From the IMG/VR virus record IMGVR_UViG_3300031857_021139: a stretch of DNA of 20,000 nt, one strand, 5' to 3'. A program made the position numbers and the translations under genes. Shown here in pieces: positions 7,244 to 13,970 of the stretch (within the stretch, counting starts at the first letter, position 1; the number at the start of each line of letters is the position of its first letter). Source of the DNA: an uncultured virus (IMG/VR IMGVR_UViG_3300031857_021139) (taxonomy: Duplodnaviria; Heunggongvirae; Uroviricota; Caudoviricetes). The notes beneath the pieces were generated by a model. That model made no database searches. It saw only the letters and a program-made list of their open reading frames with translations, and was not told the origin of the DNA.

Positions 7244-7990
7244 TTGAGCAGAGCACGAGGAGCCAAGGCACAACGCCGCATGGCGCAACAGCAGTCCCAA
7301 GCAGTAGAAAACACCATCAACTTTAGACCAGCAGTAAAAACCCAACAACGACCCATAGAACTGATTCCAAAGACCCGAGGCCAAGAACGCTTGGTACTGA
7401 GTCTGCTGGAGGAAAGCGTGGCCATAACCGTGACTGTGGGTCCAGCTGGTACCGGCAAGACTTATTTGGCCATGCAAGCAGCTATACGTGCGTTGCGCAG
7501 TGGCGATGTAGATAAGATCGTGCTCACACGCCCGGCTGTGGGTGTGGAAGATGAACAGCATGGATTCCTGCCCGGTGACCTCATGGCCAAGATGGAACCT
7601 TGGACACGGCCGCTTTTAGACGTGTTGAAAGAATACTATCATCCTCGAGAGATCGCTAAAATGCTGGAAGATCAGATCATTGAAATCTCTCCCTTGGCAT
7701 ACATGCGAGGGCGAACTTTTAAAAATGCTTGGATCGTGGCCGATGAAATGCAGAATGCTACTCCGGGACAGATGAAAATGTTGCTGAGTCGCATAGGACA
7801 TGGATCTAAGATCACTGTCACGGGTGACGTGGATCAAGCAGATCGCAGAACCGATGAAAATGGCCTCATGGACCTGGCTGCGAGATTAGATCAGCGCCAG
7901 GTGCCGGGCATAGATGTTGTCAAAATGACCGGTCGTGATATCCAGCGTCACCCAATGATCACTGAGATACTGGCGCTGTATCAGCAGTAG
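7244..7990 (+). CDS. phoH: PhoH-family ATPase
   Basis: GPAGTGKTYLA, LTRPAV, GFLPGDL, PLAYMRGRTF, DEMQN, GDVDQAD are PhoH signatures. Probable TTG start at 7244 behind AAGGAG. Confidence 0.95.
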   Translation: MSRARGAKAQRRMAQQQSQAVENTINFRPAVKTQQRPIELIPKTRGQERLVLSLLEESVAITVTVGPAGTGKTYLAMQAAIRALRSGDVDKIVLTRPAVGVEDEQHGFLPGDLMAKMEPWTRPLLDVLKEYYHPREIAKMLEDQIIEISPLAYMRGRTFKNAWIVADEMQNATPGQMKMLLSRIGHGSKITVTGDVDQADRRTDENGLMDLAARLDQRQVPGIDVVKMTGRDIQRHPMITEILALYQQ

Positions 7991-8258
7991 ACTTATCATC
8001 GACGATCTTGAGGCCATGAAAAGCCTCAAGATCCTCTATGAGTTTTTTGTAGTGCCTGTGATAAAAATCTCTGATCTTCCACCAATCCTTAGGCACGGTG
8101 ATGCCATCGAGTGTGGCCAGCACCACCTGTTGGGTACCAAAGTCTAACACCACAGCAGCCGTTTGTAAATCGTTGGTTTTCAATTTTTTGCTGGCGCTGA
8201 CCATTTCGTCTAACTTGCCATTGGGCCGGCGGATGTATTTCACAATAAAATATCTCAT
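7959..8258 (-). CDS. hypothetical protein (99 aa)
   Basis: Clean ORF MRYFIVKYIRRPNGKLDEMV with purine-rich GGGGAA upstream; convergent 32 bp overlap with phoH. Confidence 0.7.
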   Translation of the reverse strand: MRYFIVKYIRRPNGKLDEMVSASKKLKTNDLQTAAVVLDFGTQQVVLATLDGITVPKDWWKIRDFYHRHYKKLIEDLEAFHGLKIVDDKSTADTAPVSQ

Positions 8259-8271
8259 CTGTTCCCCACAA

Positions 8272-8277
8272 TAAGTA
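8272..8277 (+). promoter_or_regulatory. TAAGTA late-promoter-like motif
   Basis: aaTAAGTAttccaATG, 5 nt before ATG 8283, no SD. Confidence 0.55.
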
Positions 8278-8282
8278 TTCCA

Positions 8283-8984
8283 ATGATACTACTTATAGGT
8301 CAAAGTGGCACAGGACTCACATTTTTGACTTGGAGTCTTCAATATCTTAGACTACGGTGCTCTCATCGCCCAGATCTGTATGAACCTTGTGCGGATGGCA
8401 GTTTTCATAACTTTCTAAAAGAAAAACATTACCGTGGTGCGTTACCCCCTGCTAATGAGTTCGCTCCAGAAGACGTTGTGTTTTGGAATCCAAACCATCA
8501 ACGATACCTTGATCAAAAACCTCGAGGTGTTTCTGCATTGATGGTCTCGGTGACAAGACCTGAGACCAAAAGATGGTTGTTCAATCGCAATTGGCGGTGT
8601 GTACCAAATTGGACAGTGAAAAAATTGCATCAAGATCTGTGCCAACACCACAACAAAATAAACGTAGATCGCGCCTTTTCACGATACTGGACCAAGTACA
8701 CGGATTACATTGATTATGACCGATACTACACTAATATTAAAACTATAGACTTAGATGAAATTTTTCGTACCTTGCACAACCATATAGAACAATTGTGTGA
8801 GTATTTCAACTTAGGATTTGACCATGAAAGATTTCATTCCTGGGTAAAAACTTATCATCAATGGAGACATATCAACCTTAACTTACCAGAGGAAAAAGAA
8901 GTAACCGATATCATGTCATCGGATTCGATCTTGACCGACGAAGCAAAACAAGTTCTTAAAAAATTGATTTTACATGATACTTGA
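8283..8984 (+). CDS. hypothetical protein, possible degenerate sulfotransferase/P-loop fold
   Basis: N-terminal strand-loop-helix ILLIGQSGTGLTFLTWSL; C-terminal IDLDEIF...IEQLCEYFNL resembles the sulfotransferase YEDL...I..FLG region; AT-rich. Confidence 0.5.
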   Translation: MILLIGQSGTGLTFLTWSLQYLRLRCSHRPDLYEPCADGSFHNFLKEKHYRGALPPANEFAPEDVVFWNPNHQRYLDQKPRGVSALMVSVTRPETKRWLFNRNWRCVPNWTVKKLHQDLCQHHNKINVDRAFSRYWTKYTDYIDYDRYYTNIKTIDLDEIFRTLHNHIEQLCEYFNLGFDHERFHSWVKTYHQWRHINLNLPEEKEVTDIMSSDSILTDEAKQVLKKLILHDT

Positions 8985-9645
8985 CATAGAGAGATCGCCG
9001 GATCATATGTGGCAACTCAAATCTACCATCGTAGATAAATTTGGCTATGATCAAAGCGGCACCAACCGTTATCGCTTCAATGCTCAGGGTTATCGCTCTG
9101 ACATAGACTTCGATTTTGATAGTCCTTGTTTGGTCACTATCGGCCCCAGTATCAGTTTTGGTATTGGAATACCCATTGAAAAAACTTTTTCGTTTCAACT
9201 GGCACAGAGTTTGAGATTGGCAAATTACAATTTCAGCGTAGGGTGTTATAGACATACCAGCATGGATTATGTCGGCCTGCTCACACAGTTGGCTACAAAA
9301 CCCAACATCAAAGCCATGGTTATCAACTGGAATAATCTAAGTCGAGTGCGTACAGACAACAGCGTGCAAGATGATCATAACGTCGAAGCATGTATCTCAA
9401 GATTGGCCAACTTGCTGAATTTTGCAGACAAAACAGTGTGTGTACCTTGCCTACACATACTCTTTGATCCGGATCGAATTAATCTGCCCAGAGATTTACA
9501 GCGTCGTTTGCTGATTTACAACCAAGGAGTTGTTGATCACAGCCCTTCTTGTGGCGATCAACCGGCCTTTGGTGTCAAGACCAATGCGTTCATCTACAAA
9601 GCATTGCTATCCAAGACTCGTGAGTTCTATCATAGTAGCAGATAA
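8974..9645 (+). CDS. degenerate SGNH-like protein
   Basis: YRFNAQGYRS...VTIGPSISFGIG...FSFQLA...VINWNN parallels ORF 3599-4453 (YHYNDRGFRD...IGDSFTVGLG); no clear DxxH. Confidence 0.55.
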   Translation: MILDIERSPDHMWQLKSTIVDKFGYDQSGTNRYRFNAQGYRSDIDFDFDSPCLVTIGPSISFGIGIPIEKTFSFQLAQSLRLANYNFSVGCYRHTSMDYVGLLTQLATKPNIKAMVINWNNLSRVRTDNSVQDDHNVEACISRLANLLNFADKTVCVPCLHILFDPDRINLPRDLQRRLLIYNQGVVDHSPSCGDQPAFGVKTNAFIYKALLSKTREFYHSSR

Positions 9646-10533
9646 GTTGATTTCTTGATCCGCAATCAGTGAAATATTGGCCATGCCATTGCGTATGATC
9701 ACTATGGCCTGATCTTGTTTTTCTGTGTCCTTGCTCCAGATATCAAGATTGTCATACATCCAACGGAAAATTTCTTGTGCGTTGTTTTGATCGTTGGGTA
9801 TGTTTTGGCACATGAGTTTGCGTGCTTCATTGATGCGTCCTTGTTTGATCAAGTCAACCGCTGTCAAGCGCCAGTCCACACTTTGTGTTTCATCACCATG
9901 AGGTGATTCCAGGCGCCCCGATACGGAATTCATCTGGCATGTGTTTAGGCATTTGCGTAGATCTGGGTAGGCGGCTTTGACATAGGTATCCAGCGTGTCA
10001 AGATCAAACTCTACGCTTTCAGTGACCAGTACAGTAGCCACGCGAGCAGTAAACTCAGTGACATCAACCCTTTCGATATGAAATCCCTGGCATCTACTAT
10101 GCAGAGCAGGTATAACCCTGTTAGGATAGTTACAAGTAAGTATAAACCGAGCGCTGGCATGATATGTCTCCATTACGCCGCGTAGCGCGGCCTGGCCGTT
10201 GGGTGATATGTAATCAGCTTCGTCTAACAGCACTACCTTGAACTGTCCAAAGGGCATGGTTTGCACGAAGCCAGTGATTTTGTCGCGAATGGTATCCACT
10301 GAGTTTTCGCGGCTGGCGTTGATCTCCAGCACATCATAATCGTCAATCTCCAGAGCCCGGATCAGGATCTTGGCCAAGGTAGTCTTGCCCACACCCGGTG
10401 CACCAGAAAACAACAGATGCGGAATGGTCTTGCTGTCAATCCAGGCCTGTACCTGCTGTCGCTGGGCATCATCACGGAACACATAATCTGTCACAGTCTG
10501 TGGGCGATATTTTTCTGTCCAAAGTTCTTTCAC
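9607..10533 (-). CDS. sliding-clamp loader AAA+ subunit (RFC small subunit / T4 gp44-like)
   Basis: WTEKYRP, Walker A GAPGVGKT, LEINAS, Walker B LLDEAD, SRC arginine finger, PDLRKCLN. Confidence 0.95.
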   Translation of the reverse strand: MKELWTEKYRPQTVTDYVFRDDAQRQQVQAWIDSKTIPHLLFSGAPGVGKTTLAKILIRALEIDDYDVLEINASRENSVDTIRDKITGFVQTMPFGQFKVVLLDEADYISPNGQAALRGVMETYHASARFILTCNYPNRVIPALHSRCQGFHIERVDVTEFTARVATVLVTESVEFDLDTLDTYVKAAYPDLRKCLNTCQMNSVSGRLESPHGDETQSVDWRLTAVDLIKQGRINEARKLMCQNIPNDQNNAQEIFRWMYDNLDIWSKDTEKQDQAIVIIRNGMANISLIADQEINLSATMIELTSLG

Positions 10534-10534
10534 G

Positions 10535-10759
10535 CTATTCCTTTTTCAATGCATCAATGATTCGTTCTTGTTCCCATTGTGCCTCTTCGGCATACTTAGG
10601 CAACCTATCATACCTGTCTTCTAACCAACATTTTAGCATGTATAAGTCGCGTTTGCAAGCAGAACTGGTCCAACCGTCATTGTAAGGCGAGGAAATTTCT
10701 ATAAGGCTGGCACCGATGGCTCGATAAGCCAATTCGAGATTGGGTTTTTGAAATCCCAT
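10535..10759 (-). CDS. hypothetical protein (74 aa)
   Basis: Fills the gap between groES and the clamp loader with 8 nt and 1 nt spacers, same strand. Confidence 0.75.
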   Translation of the reverse strand: MGFQKPNLELAYRAIGASLIEISSPYNDGWTSSACKRDLYMLKCWLEDRYDRLPKYAEEAQWEQERIIDALKKE

Positions 10760-10767
10760 GTCCTGGG

Positions 10768-11151
10768 TTAATAACGGTCTTTGCGGCTGGCTTGTATGGC
10801 TTCGCTGATGGTATCGTCGGCACCAGGTTCTTCGTCACTGACCAAGAGGATGTCGTTAGGATCTACCCGGCGTATGGTCTTGGTACCTTCGTCGTCTTCG
10901 ATATCCAGGCCACGTGTCCAACGACCGTGGGCCACACAGATCCACTGTCCCGGAGTCACGTCTTTCTGTTCCGGACCCACAGCATAGACCTGACCCCAGC
11001 GTGGGCGTATGCCCGCAGTGGTGCCGTTGTCGTTCATGAGTATGATGCCTGAACTCAGGCTGCGACCTTCAAAATTCATGTCGGTCACTATGATAGAATC
11101 CTTCAAGGGTTTCAGTGCCGACACCTTGTGTGGCGAGTAAGCGAATTTCAT
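10768..11151 (-). CDS. groES: GroES/Cpn10-like co-chaperonin
   Basis: LKPLKDSIIV...SSGIIL...GQVYAVGP...DILLV matches the Cpn10 pattern (PLxDRV, GGIxL, GxVVAVG, DILA). Confidence 0.85.
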   Translation of the reverse strand: MKFAYSPHKVSALKPLKDSIIVTDMNFEGRSLSSGIILMNDNGTTAGIRPRWGQVYAVGPEQKDVTPGQWICVAHGRWTRGLDIEDDEGTKTIRRVDPNDILLVSDEEPGADDTISEAIQASRKDRY

Positions 11152-11583
11152 TTACAGTTTCCTTACACCTGGTTGTTGTTGGGCCAATTCTCTTGGGCTC
11201 TTGATAGGTTCTTGCTTGACTTGGCGGGCTCGCGCGATAGCCGCGGCCAATCCGGCAGCAGGCTCAGCAGATTGTGCTGTCTCGGGTGCAGAGACCTCGG
11301 GCTTCTCAAAATCATCTTGGAAGTCTTCGGGAGGTGCTGGTATATCCACAGGCGCAGTCTTTTGATTTTTGCCTTGAGGGCGTTCAACATTGCTGATCTG
11401 GCGATTGTACTGTCGGCCTACCTGGGCTTTGCGATTTTCTATGGCACGATTGTTGCTGTCAATGAGATCGCCGCGTGCATTTACTTTCATGTTGCCAACC
11501 GCGCGGGTGTTTTCGTTCTGCAGTTGCAATCGGCCAAGATCAACCATTTTGCCCTGTGCTGTGCGATATATTTTTCTGGTCAT
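11152..11583 (-). CDS. hypothetical phage protein
   Basis: YRTAQGKMVDLGRL...AVGNMKVNARGD with a low-complexity P/E/A tail; AAGGA SD and TAAATA upstream. Confidence 0.8.
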   Translation of the reverse strand: MTRKIYRTAQGKMVDLGRLQLQNENTRAVGNMKVNARGDLIDSNNRAIENRKAQVGRQYNRQISNVERPQGKNQKTAPVDIPAPPEDFQDDFEKPEVSAPETAQSAEPAAGLAAAIARARQVKQEPIKSPRELAQQQPGVRKL

Positions 11584-11604
11584 AAGTGTTCCTTGTTGTC
11601 CTGA

Positions 11605-11610
11605 TATTTA
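11605..11610 (-). promoter_or_regulatory. TAAATA motif overlapping the stop codon of the dnaE fragment
   Basis: Minus strand cgtTAAATAtcaggacaacaaggaacacttATG. Confidence 0.55.
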
Positions 11611-12129
11611 ACGCAAGAATTCGCGTGGGTCTAAATCATAGTGCATAGAATCTATGCGATGCACACCTAGGAGATACAATACATAACTGGCCACAGATGA
11701 TCCGCGGCCCACTCCCCAGATGCAGTGATTGTCTCGCAGTACATCCACGAAATATTTGAGATATCGCAGAAGATCAAACAGATCGTGTTGCTGATACAGC
11801 AACAGTTCTTCACCAACCCTTTGCAGTTGCTCTTGTGTAGAACACAATGACAGCACATGTGCGGCGATATCCAGATCTTTGTACTGATCGGGCATGAACC
11901 ACTGTGATTGTCGGATCTTGTCAAATTCATCTACGCTGAGATCTTCGTTGGCTGGCTTGGCCCAGGTCCGCAGTTGTCCTGGATCTTGTATGTTACCGAT
12001 CATGCCGGCTACATCCATGCTGGGCTCAACACAAACGCCTGGCATGGCAGTGATGTCTCGCCCCTGCATGATAAGATCGCAGAGATCCAAGTCTTGGAAT
12101 ACTATCTCTCCAAATTTATTGGTCTTCAT
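11608..12129 (-). CDS. dnaE: DNA polymerase III alpha (DnaE, family C) stand-alone fragment
   Basis: RVGEELLLY...LKYFVDVLR...WGVGRGSSVASYVLYLLGVHRIDSMHYDLDPREFLR aligns by eye with DnaE GPGRGSxAGSLVAYxLxITxxDPxxxxLLFERFL. Only 173 aa from ATG 12129. Confidence 0.85.
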   Translation of the reverse strand: MKTNKFGEIVFQDLDLCDLIMQGRDITAMPGVCVEPSMDVAGMIGNIQDPGQLRTWAKPANEDLSVDEFDKIRQSQWFMPDQYKDLDIAAHVLSLCSTQEQLQRVGEELLLYQQHDLFDLLRYLKYFVDVLRDNHCIWGVGRGSSVASYVLYLLGVHRIDSMHYDLDPREFLR

Positions 12130-12715
12130 CGCGTGCAAAATTAGCAAACACCACTGATTCTTTTCCGTCGTCTTTTTCTTGATCCCAATCCAGTCCAAAA
12201 TCTTTCCACTCTGGCACCCGGTCCAGGCTGACTATTTTACCATCACCTCGAGGACGGCCTGCGTGCCACATGGGTTTGGGATCCAACCACCAACCGTTTT
12301 GGGCCAGGCCTGGCCCCACATTTTCTCCATGGCTGTGTAGGTAACTCATGGAATCACCCTGGGTGCTCCAGATTTCTACGTCAGTCACTACCATGCGATT
12401 TTCCATGATGGCATTGAGTTTCAAGTATAGCATGATGCCCACGATTTGGTCAACTGGTTCGTCCGGCAGTACCAAGAGTCGGGCACCGGTATCCAGATAC
12501 TGCTGTAACTTGGAGCTGTCATTTTCGATCAAAATCGAATCGTCCATGACGCAGAAGATCCAGTACTTCATTCGTTCATAGGCTATGTTTTGTTCTGCGT
12601 TGTCACCGCTGACAGTGACCAGGTTGAGTTCAACATTGAAATGGTTGACCATGAAACGGTCTTCGAACACTGTGCCTGTGTAAAAACCAAATGATTTTTT
12701 CAATCGTGCGTTCAT
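12116..12715 (-). CDS. hypothetical protein, possible degenerate QueD/PTPS T-fold
   Basis: Clean 199 aa ORF, ATGA-coupled to the upstream gene; segment order resembles QueD but the His ligands are missing (see findings). Confidence 0.7.
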   Translation of the reverse strand: MNARLKKSFGFYTGTVFEDRFMVNHFNVELNLVTVSGDNAEQNIAYERMKYWIFCVMDDSILIENDSSKLQQYLDTGARLLVLPDEPVDQIVGIMLYLKLNAIMENRMVVTDVEIWSTQGDSMSYLHSHGENVGPGLAQNGWWLDPKPMWHAGRPRGDGKIVSLDRVPEWKDFGLDWDQEKDDGKESVVFANFARDEDQ

Positions 12716-12945
12716 GAGATGTCTATCTTGCCTGAAAAATCCGGAGCGGATCGTTGGTCATCGGACTTGCGTAGTTTTTCTTGGTATTTGTTTTGATAAG
12801 TTGTCAGGGCCATCTGGATCTGGGCACACAATTGGGCATTGCCCATGCGATGTGCTATGCCTAACTTTTTGGTCAGTTCTGATACCTTGGTCTGGAGATC
12901 GTCCAAACTCATGCTATCAATGTTACCGATCAGTGGATGTTCCAT
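12712..12945 (-). CDS. hypothetical small helical/coiled-coil protein (77 aa)
   Basis: MEHPLIGNIDSMSLDDLQTKVSELTKKL; first gene after the sigma70 promoter; ATGA overlap with the next gene. Confidence 0.75.
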   Translation of the reverse strand: MEHPLIGNIDSMSLDDLQTKVSELTKKLGIAHRMGNAQLCAQIQMALTTYQNKYQEKLRKSDDQRSAPDFSGKIDIS

Positions 12946-12947
12946 GA

Positions 12948-12984
12948 TAAAAAAGCCCTTGTTGCCATGATAGCATCAAGGGCT
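12948..12984 (-). terminator. Rho-independent terminator ending the structural operon
   Basis: Minus strand AGCCCTTG-atgctatcatggcaa-CAAGGGCT-TTTTT: 8 bp stem (extendable with TGC/GCA) and U-tract, 20 nt after the stop at 13005. Confidence 0.8.
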
Positions 12985-12995
12985 GTGTTTGTCAA
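12967..12995 (-). promoter_or_regulatory. sigma70 promoter TTGACA-17 bp-TATCAT with extended -10 (TGn)
   Basis: Minus strand TTGACA aacacagcccttgatgc TATCAT; -35 at 12990-12995, -10 at 12967-12972. Confidence 0.8.
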
Positions 12996-13004
12996 GCTGA
13001 TTGG

Positions 13005-13931
13005 TTAAGCCAACACAGGATAATTATTGCTGCCATCTGGTCCGGTGGAAATCACATACCAAGCCGAATTGATATACATCAAAATCACGCTTTGACCATA
13101 ACCAGCGTTGGTGAAAGTGATGGTTCCAGTGCCCGATGCTTTCCAACCCGGGTTAGTCACAGTGACAACCATGTTGCCGGCGACCACGCTTTCTCCAATC
13201 AGGATCTTGATCTGGCCTTCGTAGCCTGCGGCCAGGGTGGCAGTTTCGGCTCCGGCTGTAGTGAAGCCACTCACTGTCTTGGCAAGGCTACAGGCACCAG
13301 CACTGGCCACGTCTTCATAGCTGGGTAGGAATATAGGATCTCTGTTGCGATTGAGGTCGAACATGCTGATGTTGCTGCCACCGTCGCTGGTCTCAAACTC
13401 AAATTCATAGGTACCGGTTTTGTTGAATGTGACTGTGCCCGACGCGGCGCTGACTGCCACATAACCTTGGATGTTGCTAGTCCCAACCATGTTGGTAGCC
13501 GCGGTCACTGACATGGTATGGTTGATGTTGGACACAGTTATCTGCACACGCCAACGGCTCAGTGTACCAGAAGCGCTGGGATTGGTAAAGGACAGGGATA
13601 CTGAACCTGAAGTAGTCAAAGTATAGTAGGATCCAGCTGCGAAGTTCACGGTTTGATTGCCGGTGACAGTGCCCAAGGATACCTTGCTTTCACTCATATC
13701 CTGCAATTGGGCGTTGCTGAGTATGCTGCCGCCCATGTCGTTGTTCAAAGTAGTACCGGTCAGTGCAGCTTTGAGCACGGCTTTGTTCTGCAGATCCGTG
13801 ATTTCATCAGCGGCGTAGGTGAAATTGGTCTTGGTATTGGTAAAATTATCGCGGAATCCCTGAGAGTCATTGTCCTGACCGGCTACTGGGTATGTTCCAT
13901 CGATGTTGTTTGGGTTGATATTTGACGACAT
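13005..13931 (-). CDS. virion structural protein (tail/baseplate-associated, beta-rich)
   Basis: N-terminal YPVAGQDNDSQGFRDNF followed by a helix, then T/S/G-rich beta-like domains; last gene of the tail cluster; AAGGA SD. Confidence 0.75.
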   Translation of the reverse strand: MSSNINPNNIDGTYPVAGQDNDSQGFRDNFTNTKTNFTYAADEITDLQNKAVLKAALTGTTLNNDMGGSILSNAQLQDMSESKVSLGTVTGNQTVNFAAGSYYTLTTSGSVSLSFTNPSASGTLSRWRVQITVSNINHTMSVTAATNMVGTSNIQGYVAVSAASGTVTFNKTGTYEFEFETSDGGSNISMFDLNRNRDPIFLPSYEDVASAGACSLAKTVSGFTTAGAETATLAAGYEGQIKILIGESVVAGNMVVTVTNPGWKASGTGTITFTNAGYGQSVILMYINSAWYVISTGPDGSNNYPVLA

Positions 13932-13952
13932 TTTAGATCCTTAATTTGTATG

Positions 13953-13958
13953 TACTTA
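13953..13958 (-). promoter_or_regulatory. TAAGTA late-promoter-like motif
   Basis: Minus strand gaTAAGTAcatacaaattaaggatctaaaATG in a 39 bp intergenic gap. Confidence 0.55.
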
Positions 13959-13970
13959 TCTCGCTGTGCG

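Noticed and set aside
11584..11640. Frameshift, intron or intein continuing dnaE
   Set aside because: No PDxDxD-coding sequence follows, and the next gene has its own SD and promoter-like motif.
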